A program made the position numbers and the translations under genes. Below, piece after piece: positions 25,091-36,095 of a stretch of DNA of 64,000 bases (the first letter of the stretch is position 1; every line of letters starts with the position of its first letter). The notes beneath the pieces were generated by a model, which worked only from the letters and a program-made list of their open reading frames with translations, had not been told where the DNA came from and did no database searches. The stretch comes from an uncultured Candidatus Binatia bacterium (GTDB lineage: Bacteria; Desulfobacterota; Binatia; HRBIN30): positions 93,540-157,539 of the forward strand of contig CAZHQG010000001.1 of the NCBI GenBank assembly GCA_964534275.1. The letters are read 5' to 3'.

Positions 25091-25500
25091 AGCACACGCA
25101 GGAGACGGCACCTTTCGGAAGTGGTTGTGCGAGCAGGTCCCTCCGGCGGTACGCACGGGCCCGTTGTCGCATGGTTGGTGGCGCCCAGCGGTCAAGAACC
25201 GAGGTTGGGGCAGGAACCGTGGTCCCCGGCAACAGGCCCGCGCACAGCGCGCTTGAGGTTCGGCACGGCTAGGAAAAGCGCCGCTTCAGTCATGGTGCCG
25301 GACGCGTGTCGGAGGTGATGCCCAACGACGTTCCGGGCATCATCGTGACGACCAGTACCATGCCCATAGGGACGGACCTTGTGCCTGCCCGGAACGAAAC
25401 GGCAAGCATCAGCGCTGCGTCGGGAGGCGACGCCGCAGGGAGAAGCCAAGTTGGGGGCGTTCGGGTGTTGCGGCGATGAGCTTTTGGTAAACGGCAGACT

Positions 25501-26292
25501 ATGAAACCACGCTGCGAACATCTGCGGATCGACCAAGAGGAACAAGTGCTGTGGATCACCATCGACCGGGCCGACTGTCGCAATGCGTTGAGCTTGCAAA
25601 CCTGGGCGGAGCTTCGCGAGGTGGCTGCATGGGTTGCCGAACAGCCCGTGCGGGCTGTGGTGGTGACCGGCGCGGGCGAGGAGGCGTTTGTGTCGGGCGC
25701 GGACATTCGCGAGTTTCCGGCTGCACGTGCGGATGCGCGCCAAGCGGAAGAGTACGACCAGGTGAGTCACGCAGCGCTCGCAGCACTGGCACATCTCGAC
25801 CAGCCGGTGGTGGCCATGATCAATGGTTTGTGTTTTGGCGGTGGTGTGGCCTTGGCGTTGGCGTGCGACATCCGGTTTGCTGCTGCACATGCGCGCTTTT
25901 GCGTGCCCGCAGTGCGCCTCGGTCTTTCGTATCCACTCGAGGTCGGAATTGCTCCCTTGGTGCACACGGTCGGGCCGACCGCCGCGGCTGACATCTTGCT
26001 CTCCGGGCGTGTGATCGACGCCACCGAAGCAGCGAGTTTGCGGTTGGTGACGCGGGTGGTTCCCAGCACCGAACTACGGCAGGAGACGCGTGCGTACGTC
26101 GCTCGCCTTGCGGAGGGCGCGCCTCTGACACTTGCAGCTCACAAGGCAGCAATCCGGAGCCTGATGACTGCAGTGCCAGAAGCCACGGTCGCAGTCCGCG
26201 AAAAGATTCGGCGCTGCTTTGCCAGCGAGGATTATCGCGAGGGAGTGGAGGCGTTTCTGCAAAAGCGCAAACCAATCTTCCGCGGCCGTTAA
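25501..26292 (+). CDS. Enoyl-CoA hydratase/isomerase (crotonase family)
   Basis: VVVTGAGEEAFVSGADIREF ... ALAHLDQPVVAMINGLCFGGGVALALACDIRFAA is the crotonase oxyanion-hole region. Confidence 0.85.
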   Translation: MKPRCEHLRIDQEEQVLWITIDRADCRNALSLQTWAELREVAAWVAEQPVRAVVVTGAGEEAFVSGADIREFPAARADARQAEEYDQVSHAALAALAHLDQPVVAMINGLCFGGGVALALACDIRFAAAHARFCVPAVRLGLSYPLEVGIAPLVHTVGPTAAADILLSGRVIDATEAASLRLVTRVVPSTELRQETRAYVARLAEGAPLTLAAHKAAIRSLMTAVPEATVAVREKIRRCFASEDYREGVEAFLQKRKPIFRGR

Positions 26293-26416
26293 CAATCCGT
26301 GATGCACATGTTGCTCGTTTGCCGAGGGGCACGTGCTTCTTTTCGCGCCAGCCGCACGCAAAACACGGGAGACACCGTGCGGATCACGGGCCCAGGCACC
26401 ACGAGCCCGAGAGCGG

Positions 26417-27232
26417 CTACATGTAAAGGCCGCCGTTTGGGGACAATACTTGACCAACCAAGTAGCTAGCCTCGTCGCTGGCCAAAAAGGCGGCGACTGC
26501 GGCTACTTCCTCGGGCGTGCCGAACCGTCCCATCGGTGCTTGCAGGGCGATGGCACGTTTGAGTTGTGGCTCCATGTCGGCCAGCAGCGGCGTATCGATG
26601 AAGCCGGGTGCGATGGCGTTCACGTAAACTCCCGACAAGATTGCTTCTCGCGCCACGGCCTTCGTGAAGCCAATGATCCCTGCTTTTGCCGCCGAATAGG
26701 CAGGCGCCCCCGCAAGTCCCCCCAAGCCCGCAATCGAGGCCATATTGATGATCTTGCCCGACCCTTGTGCTTCCATGATTTTCAGTGCCTCGCGCGTGCA
26801 GTAGAACGTGCCGTCCAGGTGCACGGCGAGGGTGCGCCGCCATTCCATGTCGCTCATGTGTGCGGTGACTCCGAGTGGCCCGGAGGACGGATGACCGCTC
26901 CAGCGATCCAGCTGTACCTGTATGAGCTTCTGCTGGACGGCGGGGTCCAGAACGACAATGCCGGCGTTGTTGACCAGAATGTCGAGCCTCGGCCACCGGC
27001 CACAAAGCTGTTCGAACAACGCCTGCACCTCGACGCTGTCCGACACATCAGCCGGCAGCACCAGGGCTTCGCGTCCGAGCGCACGGATTTCCTCAGCGAC
27101 ACGTGCAGCGCTTTCTTTGCGGAGATCGTTGACTGCGATGTCGGCCCCTTCTTGAGCGAACCGCAGGGCAATGGCTCGGCCGATCCCGGAACCAGCGCCG
27201 GTAATCAGGGCAGTGCGGTTTCGAAGCTTCAT
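26417..27232 (-). CDS. Short-chain dehydrogenase/reductase (FabG-like 3-oxoacyl reductase), start at Met14 of the track ORF
   Basis: GGAGG RBS. TALITGAGSGIGRAIALRFAQEGADIAVND (Rossmann TGxxxGxG), then NNAG and the YxxxK region. Confidence 0.85.
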   Translation of the reverse strand: MKLRNRTALITGAGSGIGRAIALRFAQEGADIAVNDLRKESAARVAEEIRALGREALVLPADVSDSVEVQALFEQLCGRWPRLDILVNNAGIVVLDPAVQQKLIQVQLDRWSGHPSSGPLGVTAHMSDMEWRRTLAVHLDGTFYCTREALKIMEAQGSGKIINMASIAGLGGLAGAPAYSAAKAGIIGFTKAVAREAILSGVYVNAIAPGFIDTPLLADMEPQLKRAIALQAPMGRFGTPEEVAAVAAFLASDEASYLVGQVLSPNGGLYM

Positions 27233-27282
27233 GAAGTCTTCCTCCTTTCTCGCGGACTCTCGTTGCGCCATAATCGAAGGCT

Positions 27283-28254
27283 GTGACGCTAAGAAAGCAT
27301 CGCCGGTATGTCCACATCGTGAGCCACGGCCCGCAGTGTCTCGACGGCGTCACTGCGGCTGTGGTGGTGGCGTGTTTTTACCCGGATTGCGAGGTGAAAC
27401 CCGTGTTTTGCAGCAACACAAGCGTAAATCGGGCGCTCCTCGAACTGGAGTGTGAGCCGCCGGACGCAGAGCACGAAGTGTGGATCACCGATATCTCGTG
27501 GACCGACCCACAAGTGGATGTGCATTTGACTGGGCTGCAAAAGCGCGGGGTGGATTTGCATTGGATCGATCACCATCGAACGGCGTTGGAGCGCTTTTGC
27601 AGCGGCGGAATTCACGTGCCGTTCTCGAGCACCGTCGTAGACGAATCGTTTGCAGCGTCTCGGCTGACCTACGAGTACTTGCGTCAGGAGCGACCACTAC
27701 CGACAGAGCCATCTGGACTGGCTCGACTCGTGGCCATGGCGGATGACAACGACCGGTGGTTGCACGAGATTCCGGACTCCCACGCGCTCGCATTGGCTGT
27801 GAACGCCTTGAACAGCAATGCGGCGTATGACGAACTCCTGCTGTTGGCGAAGACCGGGCAATGGAGCGAGCGCTTGCGGAGCGCATACGTGCTCGCCCAG
27901 CAAGACGTTTCGCGGAGCATTGCCTTGGCCTCGCGCACGCGAGCCGAGCGCAGGTTGGAGGAAATCGGGGTGACCTTGGTGACGGCAGTGTGCGACGGCT
28001 ACCCGAGCGAAGTGGCGGAGGAGTGGAACAAAGACGCAGAACAGTCGGTGTTTGCCTTTTTTGACTTGCGCTCACAGACGGTCAGTTTTCGGCGCTCTCC
28101 GGACTGTAAGGTGGACCTCTCCCAGTTAGCCAAGCGTTTCGGTGGCGGGGGCCATCCCGCCGCATCGGGGTGCGACATTCCAAATCTGTTGCAAGAGCTA
28201 GCTCAATCGCTTGCGAAAGTCGTCGCTCCTGCGCTGCTCGAACGTGGTTGCTAG
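27283..28254 (+). CDS. DHH/DHHA1 family phosphoesterase (NrnA-like), GTG start
   Basis: The IDHH motif (LHWIDHHRT) and the DHHA1 GGGH motif (FGGGGHPAASG) are present. Motif I looks partly degenerate (HGPQCLDGV instead of H.NPDGDA.GS). Confidence 0.75.
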   Translation: MTLRKHRRYVHIVSHGPQCLDGVTAAVVVACFYPDCEVKPVFCSNTSVNRALLELECEPPDAEHEVWITDISWTDPQVDVHLTGLQKRGVDLHWIDHHRTALERFCSGGIHVPFSSTVVDESFAASRLTYEYLRQERPLPTEPSGLARLVAMADDNDRWLHEIPDSHALALAVNALNSNAAYDELLLLAKTGQWSERLRSAYVLAQQDVSRSIALASRTRAERRLEEIGVTLVTAVCDGYPSEVAEEWNKDAEQSVFAFFDLRSQTVSFRRSPDCKVDLSQLAKRFGGGGHPAASGCDIPNLLQELAQSLAKVVAPALLERGC

Positions 28255-28255
28255 G

Positions 28256-29470
28256 GTGCGGGCGCGGCGCTTCGGAGTCCATTTTCTTCTTGTCGTCGCG
28301 GCGAGTAGCTTAGCGTTGGGGACTTGCGAGCTTGCGCTGCGCTGGACCGGGGTTGCTCGGAGTTTTGTTCGGGCAGACGCTACGGTCGGATACGTACTGG
28401 AACCGGATTCTGTGCGCGTGGTCCCCGTGCTGGAAAGCAAGGTGCAAAAGAAAATCCTGCGCACGAACAATCTGGGACTACGGCGCGATACACCCACCGC
28501 GTTGCAGAAGCCGCCCGGTGTTTTGCGCATCCTGGTGTTGGGAGACTCGCAGTCCGAGGGAATTGTCGAAAACGCGGAAACGTACGCCGCGTTGGTAGAG
28601 TCCGCCCTCGGACGTGTGCGACCGACGGAAGTGCTCAATGCCGCCACGAGCGGATACTCGCCGCTACTTTCGTATCTGTGGTGGGAGCGGTACGGTGCAT
28701 CGTTGCAACCAGACGCGGTTCTCCTGGCCCTGTATACAGGGAACGACTTGGGGGAACTTCTGGGGCAGAAACAAGATTTCGGGGGTTGGGGTGATGGGCC
28801 GGCATTCTCGCTCCCGACACTGCGCGAGACCAGCGACGGAGGCTTCGGTGTCGAGGTTCCAGGGGCGTCTGGCGGCCTCGGAAGGATGCTGGATCATTGG
28901 CTTTCCGTTCACGTTCGCTCCTGGACTTTATTGCATGCGCGATTCGACCGCCTTTTCGGCCCGGCCGCTCCGGCTGAGCTTGCCGCGGCGATGCGGCACT
29001 GCCCGGGCTGCATGCAGGCGGTGTGGCAGCCGTGGTTTCTGCGGCAGAAGCCGGACCGCGAGCCGCGAGCGTGGCAGCGGCTATCCTGGACCCTTGCCCG
29101 CTTTCGCGACAGCGTTCACGGTCGTGGGGCGCGGTTCTACGTTGCAGTTCTGCCAACGAAGCCGCAGGTGGAATCGGAATCCGCTTGGAATCAGGCCGAG
29201 CCGGCGTTGCATGCGCTTGGGCTCTCGAGGCAGGAAGTCCAAGACTGGCTGTCGCAGATCCATGCGCGGTTCGTTGCCGAGGGCCAAGCGGTAGCGGACG
29301 ACAGCGTGGACCTTTTGCCGACTTTGCAGGCGGCACGGCAAACCTCAGCGGCGGATCTCTACTGGCAGCTCGACTGGCATCTCTCAGCTTCGGGTCACCG
29401 TGCGGTGGGAGAAGCACTGCTGCCGAAGGTTTGCGCTTGGTTCGAGGTGGACCCCTGTCCAAACTTGTAA
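28256..29470 (+). CDS. SGNH/GDSL-type hydrolase family protein with N-terminal signal/anchor (GTG start; the ORF is open from 28211)
   Basis: GDS block LRILVLGDSQSEG. The N-terminal hydrophobic segment is FGVHFLLVVAASSLALG. Confidence 0.6.
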   Translation: MRARRFGVHFLLVVAASSLALGTCELALRWTGVARSFVRADATVGYVLEPDSVRVVPVLESKVQKKILRTNNLGLRRDTPTALQKPPGVLRILVLGDSQSEGIVENAETYAALVESALGRVRPTEVLNAATSGYSPLLSYLWWERYGASLQPDAVLLALYTGNDLGELLGQKQDFGGWGDGPAFSLPTLRETSDGGFGVEVPGASGGLGRMLDHWLSVHVRSWTLLHARFDRLFGPAAPAELAAAMRHCPGCMQAVWQPWFLRQKPDREPRAWQRLSWTLARFRDSVHGRGARFYVAVLPTKPQVESESAWNQAEPALHALGLSRQEVQDWLSQIHARFVAEGQAVADDSVDLLPTLQAARQTSAADLYWQLDWHLSASGHRAVGEALLPKVCAWFEVDPCPNL

Positions 29471-29590
29471 TTTGCCCGCCGTTCCCGCTGTACAAACACG
29501 GGCAAAGTATGCAATAGGCACGCGGCAGTTGGTTGCGTGAGCCCTGGCACTCTCGTTGCTGTGGCTGAAGAGTGGATGAGGAGGTGGAAG

Positions 29591-29890
29591 ATGGCACGAG
29601 GTCCGTTGCAGCCAGTAGAGCCGCGTCGGCGGGCATTGGCAGCCGAGGAGCTGCTGATGTTGGCGGTGCTGGAACAAGCGGTGGCCGATTTGGACCATCC
29701 CTGTCCAGCAATTCGTGCGGATGCTGACGCGTACATTTTTTCCTACGACCCGGACTACAGCGTGTTCAGCTTCGATTCCGTGTGTCGGTACTTCAATCTC
29801 TCGCCTTCGGCTGTGCGTGCGGCATTGAAAAAGCGTTCCCGCCAGCCGTTGCGCAGAAGAGGCCCACGAACCTACCGCCGCGCAGCATGA
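29591..29890 (+). CDS. Small hypothetical protein, paralogue of the ORF at 30595..30972
   Basis: GGAGGTGGAAG RBS. It shares ELLMLAVLEQAVADL ... AYIFSYDPDYSVFSFDSVCRYFNLSP with the paralogue's RRLMLAVLQDALECY ... EWIFSRDQKWWYSFENICDLLGFDP. Confidence 0.5.
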   Translation: MARGPLQPVEPRRRALAAEELLMLAVLEQAVADLDHPCPAIRADADAYIFSYDPDYSVFSFDSVCRYFNLSPSAVRAALKKRSRQPLRRRGPRTYRRAA

Positions 29891-29919
29891 GGCGGGGTGC
29901 CCAAAGGCCCCCGGAACCA

Positions 29920-30510
29920 CTAGCAATCGCTTGCTAAGGCCGCGGCGAGTTGCTCGCGCAACTCGCTCAAGGTGCCAGCGTTTTCGATCACGCGATGGGC
30001 GAACACGCGCCGAGCTTCGTCTGTGAGTTGGGCGCTTTGGCGCGCGGCGATGTCTCCTGGTTCCATGCCACGCAGCTCTTTGAGCCGGTGGTGTACGACC
30101 TCGGGCGGAGCGGTCAGCAACCAGACTTCGTCGACCAAGCTGTGCCAGCCGGCTTCGATCAGCAGGGCAGCTTCCACGACGACATGCGAGGTGCCGCGGG
30201 TACGCAGCGCGTCGATGCGCCGGCGAATTTCTTCGGTGATGAGAGGGTGCATGATGCGTTCGAGCCGTTCTCGGGCTTGGCGGTCCTTGAACACAATCGC
30301 CGCGAGTCGCTTCCGGTCGATCCGACCTTGAGGGTCTAGGACTTCTCGTCCAAACGCACCGACAACAGCTTCCCACCCTGAAGTTCCTGGAGCGTAGAGC
30401 TCGTGGGCAACCTTGTCGGCGTCGATCACCTCCGCCCCTAGTTCTTGGAGAATTTGGGCTGCGGCTGATTTACCGGTGCCAATGCCTCCGGTAAGGCCAA
30501 TGACTTTCAT
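29920..30510 (-). CDS. coaE: Dephospho-CoA kinase
   Basis: MKVIGLTGGIGTGKSAAAQILQELGAEVIDADKVAHELY. Confidence 0.85.
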   Translation of the reverse strand: MKVIGLTGGIGTGKSAAAQILQELGAEVIDADKVAHELYAPGTSGWEAVVGAFGREVLDPQGRIDRKRLAAIVFKDRQARERLERIMHPLITEEIRRRIDALRTRGTSHVVVEAALLIEAGWHSLVDEVWLLTAPPEVVHHRLKELRGMEPGDIAARQSAQLTDEARRVFAHRVIENAGTLSELREQLAAALASDC

Positions 30511-30594
30511 CGCGCTACGACACCGCCGTCGCGGGCCTTAGAGAGGTTTTGTTGCAGTAGCGCGGGGGCGGGGAGAAACGGGCGCGCAGCTCCG

Positions 30595-30972
30595 CTACCG
30601 AGCGCGTACGCGCCGCCGCGGTAATTTTTGGTTCCGTGCCCACGCATGCGGATCTGCGCTAGCACGGGTGTGCCACTCCTGCACCTGACGTCGGAGAAAG
30701 TCGGGGTCGAACCCCAGCAAGTCACAAATGTTCTCGAAAGAGTACCACCATTTCTGATCACGGCTGAAGATCCACTCCTCGGCTTCCGAGAACATTTGGC
30801 GGCCGCGTTGGTCCTGCGCAAATGCATACTTGCGGTAGCACTCGAGGGCATCTTGCAGCACAGCCAGCATGAGCCTCCGTTCCGGGTAGGCAGCACTGCC
30901 TTGCCGAAAGTTGGCATAGAACTGTGCCGGCATCAGTGCGTCGAGCTCGAACAAACCGTGACCTCGTTCCAT
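30595..30972 (-). CDS. Small hypothetical protein, paralogue of 29591..29890 (inverted orientation flanking coaE)
   Basis: GGAGGG RBS. The conserved W/Y-rich core matches the paralogue. Confidence 0.55.
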   Translation of the reverse strand: MERGHGLFELDALMPAQFYANFRQGSAAYPERRLMLAVLQDALECYRKYAFAQDQRGRQMFSEAEEWIFSRDQKWWYSFENICDLLGFDPDFLRRQVQEWHTRASADPHAWARNQKLPRRRVRAR

Positions 30973-31140
30973 CGTGCGGTCCCCCTCCGGGCGTTAGCTT
31001 TGGAGTTCCCAAACCAACGGCTGGGCTCCGTGCCAAAAATGATTGGGCGCCACACCCGTGTACAGTACGAGTGGGCGCCCAGGAGAGACGAGTACCGAAA
31101 GGCCGTTCCTGCAGTCACAACGGCGACTCTCGGAAGCGAA

Positions 31141-31431
31141 CTACTTTTTCGGCTTGGCTCCGAGAACGGATTCCTTGAAGCTCTTAGCAACAGAAAACCG
31201 CACCTTCTTGCGCGCTGGAATTTTAATGGGTTCCCCGGTTTGAGGGTTGCGACCCGTTCGAGCTTTGGTTTGCACCTTGCGAAAAGTGCCCAAGCCGGGG
31301 ATCTTCACTGGGTCCCCCTTCTTGACCGTGTTGACGGTGACGTCCACCAGGGTTTGCAAGACCGTGTCTGCTTGCTTCTTGGTGATTCCGGCCGCGTCCG
31401 CAAGTTTTTGTACGAGTTGCGATTTCGTCAT
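31141..31431 (-). CDS. hup: DNA-binding protein HU (HU/IHF family), start at Met9 of the track ORF
   Basis: GGAGAGGAGAG RBS. MTKSQLVQKLADAAGITKKQADTVLQTL ... GDPVKIPGLGTFRKVQTKARTGRNPQTGEPIKIPARKKVRFSVAKSFKE. Confidence 0.9.
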   Translation of the reverse strand: MTKSQLVQKLADAAGITKKQADTVLQTLVDVTVNTVKKGDPVKIPGLGTFRKVQTKARTGRNPQTGEPIKIPARKKVRFSVAKSFKESVLGAKPKK

Positions 31432-31623
31432 AACCTCACTCTCCTCTCCCCTCATTCATTTGCCAATGACCGAACTGCGTGAGCCCAAGAACACGAAAAA
31501 AATCGCGCTATTTGTGCAACGAAACGGCCCTCCAAGTCAAGAAAGCTGGTGAATTTTTCCGCTCGCCGATGGGTCTACCCGCGAGCCCGGCTGCCTGGTC
31601 GGTCTGCTTCGGCCCCACGGAAA

Positions 31624-32937
<1,314 letters not shown>

Positions 32938-33033
32938 GCTTCGCGTGTACCTGGGAGAGCTGTGCCCGGCAAGGGTCTCTAGGTTTGCCTTCCAGGGGTG
33001 CTGTGTTAAGGCGGGCCTGGGAGAAGAACGCGC

Positions 33034-33699
33034 ATGGCACGCATTGGCTTGCTAGGTGGCACGGGGCCGGAAGGAAAAGGGCTCGCACTGCGATTTGCTT
33101 CGATTGGCGAAGAGGTGCGGATCGGATCGCGGCAAAAGGAGCGCGCCGCGGAAGTCGCTGCGGCTTTGGAAGGCAAGTTGCAGGCGGCTGGAGTGACTGC
33201 GCGGGTGGGAGCAGGGGAAAACGCGGAGGTTGCTGAATGGTGCGAGGTGGCCGTGCTCACCTTTCCCTACGAAGGCGTGGAAACGTTGCTTCCCCCGCTG
33301 CGCCAGACCCTGGCAGGTAAAATTGTCATGGACACCTTGAACCCGATGGAGCTTCGCGAGGGGGTGTTTCACCTGGTCGCGGTTCCAGCGGGCTCGGCGG
33401 GCCAACGCATTCAAGAAATTTTGGCAGACTCCCGCGTGGTTGCCTGCTTTAAGAACTCGAGTGCGAAAGAGCTGATGGATTTGAAACGAAGCTTGCACGG
33501 GGACATCCTCCTGTGCGGAAATTTTCCCGAGGCGAATGAATGGGTCAGTGGCCTCGTGCGACGAATCCCGGAGCTGAGACCCGTGGATGCCGGCGTGCTG
33601 GCCAACGCGCACCACTTGGAGAGCATCACGACGCTCCTGATGAACCTCAATCGGCGTTACAAAGCGCTGACCTCTGTGCAAATTTTGGGGCTACCTTAG
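33034..33699 (+). CDS. NADPH-dependent F420 reductase-like / NADP oxidoreductase, coenzyme F420-dependent family
   Basis: The N-terminal Rossmann MARIGLLGGTGPEGKGLALRFASIGEEVRIGSR and the size (221 aa) fit Npd/Fno-like proteins. Confidence 0.65.
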   Translation: MARIGLLGGTGPEGKGLALRFASIGEEVRIGSRQKERAAEVAAALEGKLQAAGVTARVGAGENAEVAEWCEVAVLTFPYEGVETLLPPLRQTLAGKIVMDTLNPMELREGVFHLVAVPAGSAGQRIQEILADSRVVACFKNSSAKELMDLKRSLHGDILLCGNFPEANEWVSGLVRRIPELRPVDAGVLANAHHLESITTLLMNLNRRYKALTSVQILGLP

Positions 33700-33750
33700 G
33701 CGGGGGCATTGCGAAGACGGTTACACTCGAGAGCTGCGGAGGGAAGAACC

Positions 33751-34551
33751 ATGATGGCAAAACACACTGGTTGGCGCTGGCTTCTGGGCGTCGTTGGCAG
33801 CGCGGTCTTGCTTGCTGGCAGCGCTCCGGCGCTCGACCGGGGCCTGACCTGGGAAGCAAAAGTGACGGCAGATGCTGGGGAGCCCACCACGATGAGGGTG
33901 CTCACGGCTGGGCAACGATTTAAAATCGACCAGCACGGAGAGGGCAAACAGTACCTCGTGCGGCTCGACCGCGACGAGGCGTATTTCATCGATACCAAGA
34001 AGCGCACGTACCAGAAGATCAAGTTGACGGAACTCGAGCGTGCTGCGGAGACGGCACAGGCGCAAATGCAAGCAGCGCTAGGAAAAATGCAAAAGGAGCT
34101 ACAGAACCTCCCGCCGGAACAGCGCCGCATGGTGGAGCAAATGATGGGCGAACGCGCTCGTGGGTCCGCCGCTCCAGCCGCGAAACCGTCCGTGCGCAAA
34201 ACCGGGCAAACGAAAACCATCGCTGGCTACCGCTGCGAGGAATACGTGGCGGAAGTCGACGGAAAACCGCTTCTGAAGGCATGCACCACGCAAGACATCG
34301 CCGCGTTCAATCAACTGCGGGACGACTGGCTTGCGAGCCAGCGCCGCCTAGGGAAGCTCAACCCGTTTGGGGGTGGCAGCGTGTACGAAGCCTTTGGGCA
34401 GATTCCCGGATTTCCTTTGGAGACGGAAATGAGCGGCGTACACGCTGTGGTCACCAAGGTCGATCCGAGCACGCCGCCCCCGAGCGAGTTCGAAGTGCCA
34501 GCGGGATTCGAACTTCGGCCCGGACCACATCTCCCCAACATGCCGCAGTAA
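33751..34551 (+). CDS. Secreted hypothetical protein with coiled-coil segment (start at Met15; GGAGGG RBS)
   Basis: Signal peptide MMAKHTGWRWLLGVVGSAVLLAGSAPA. There are no catalytic motifs. Confidence 0.55.
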   Translation: MMAKHTGWRWLLGVVGSAVLLAGSAPALDRGLTWEAKVTADAGEPTTMRVLTAGQRFKIDQHGEGKQYLVRLDRDEAYFIDTKKRTYQKIKLTELERAAETAQAQMQAALGKMQKELQNLPPEQRRMVEQMMGERARGSAAPAAKPSVRKTGQTKTIAGYRCEEYVAEVDGKPLLKACTTQDIAAFNQLRDDWLASQRRLGKLNPFGGGSVYEAFGQIPGFPLETEMSGVHAVVTKVDPSTPPPSEFEVPAGFELRPGPHLPNMPQ

Positions 34552-34922
34552 ACATGCCGCAGTAAAGGTGCGTCACCCGCTAGCGGTCTTGTAAAAGAGA
34601 TATAGTTCCAGCCGTTCTTCAATCTACGTGTAGGCTCGAAGAGGCACTCCTGACGAATGTCGGTAGGGACGGGATTGTGACTGCTGGTGCGGTCGAACCA
34701 AAGGGCACACGGCAGTGCCCGGGGGATGGAGCCCACCGCCCGGACGCACCCCGACACTGGGCCGCGCTGCACGCTCTGCGCCGTTTCGTGAGTGCGTGAT
34801 CCTCGTCGCGTGCGTGCACCGGTTCCTGCCGGTGCCGGAGAAACGAAGCGCCTCGAGGCGAAGAGACGGGACGATTCTACGGGGTTTGACTCGTTCGCCT
34901 CTCCTGGAGTAGGCACGGGCTC

Positions 34923-36080
34923 ATGGAGTTCGTGGTCGATGCTGACGGGCATGTCCTCGAGCCTCCGGACCTGTGGGAACGGTACGTGGACCCCGAGTAC
35001 CGTGATCGCGCCATCCGCGTCCGCCGCGGGCAGGACGGACGCGATATGCTCGAGATCGACGGACGGCCCGCGCGATTGACCACACCGGAAATGCTAGGCG
35101 GCATCGGTGGGATGGGAATGGCGCTCGAGGAGCTTGCGGAAGCCGCAACTTCAGGTCGTTACCTTGCCTACGCTCCCGAAGCGGCTTACGACCCGGGTGC
35201 CCGCATACGCCGCCTCGACGCCGAGGGGCTCACGCACGCGGTTCTCTACCCGACGTTGGGGTTGCAATGGGAAGCGGAGGTTGCCGACCCAGGGTACGCG
35301 CTCGCTCACTGCCGAGCGTACAACCGCTGGATCGAAGACTTTTGTCGCGATACCGGAGGGCGGCTGATTCCCGTTGCCCATTTGAGCTTGGGGGATGCGC
35401 ACGCCGCGGCCCAAGAGCTGCGCCGCGCGGTTGCCAACGGGGCGCGAGGCGGATTCGTGTTGCCGTTCACGCTCGATGGGCTACCGCACGGGCACCCGGA
35501 CCACGATCCGCTCTGGCGCGCAGCGGAGGAACTCGACGTACCGATTGCCATCCACACCGGGGTAGACCCGCCCGCGCGCAGCGTGCACCACCGCTTCGAC
35601 GGTGTCTCGTGGCCTGAGGCTGTTCCGGGGCAAATTTGGTACTTGCAACTGCTGTTTCCTCAGGCAGTCCAGCAAGCCTTTTCCACGTTTTTCCAGTTTG
35701 CCACATTCGACCGTTTTCCGGGTTTGAAGCTCGTCGTCCTCGAGTCGGGATGCGGTTGGCTTCCGTACTGGATGGATCGAATGGACGCTTTGTACGCCGG
35801 CGCACTGCGGGTAACGATGTCCCTGCGCGAACCCCCGAGCGTGTACGTGCGGCGCCAATGCTGGATTGCTGCCGACCCTGATGAACGCTTCTTGCCCGCG
35901 GTGGTCGAGGCCGTGGGCGAGGATCGCCTCTTGTGGGCAAGCGACTTCCCGCATAGCGACCATGCGGGGAATTACGTCGAGGAACTCGACGAAGCTTGCC
36001 GCTCGTTGCCCGCCGATGCTGCGCGAAAGTTGCGGGGGCTCAACGCAGCGAAATTGTACCGGTTGACGAGCAGCGCCTGA
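34923..36080 (+). CDS. Amidohydrolase-2 family metal-dependent hydrolase (ACMSD-like TIM barrel)
   Basis: VDADGHVLEPPDLWERY (N-terminal HxH-equivalent), ... AIHTG ... WASDFPHSDH. Confidence 0.75.
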   Translation: MEFVVDADGHVLEPPDLWERYVDPEYRDRAIRVRRGQDGRDMLEIDGRPARLTTPEMLGGIGGMGMALEELAEAATSGRYLAYAPEAAYDPGARIRRLDAEGLTHAVLYPTLGLQWEAEVADPGYALAHCRAYNRWIEDFCRDTGGRLIPVAHLSLGDAHAAAQELRRAVANGARGGFVLPFTLDGLPHGHPDHDPLWRAAEELDVPIAIHTGVDPPARSVHHRFDGVSWPEAVPGQIWYLQLLFPQAVQQAFSTFFQFATFDRFPGLKLVVLESGCGWLPYWMDRMDALYAGALRVTMSLREPPSVYVRRQCWIAADPDERFLPAVVEAVGEDRLLWASDFPHSDHAGNYVEELDEACRSLPADAARKLRGLNAAKLYRLTSSA

Positions 36081-36095
36081 ACGGTGCAAGCGGGA

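Noticed and set aside
30973-31140. Rho-independent terminator downstream of the HU gene
   Set aside because: Only short imperfect GC palindromes (GGGCGCC) are present, with no convincing stem-loop plus U-tract.
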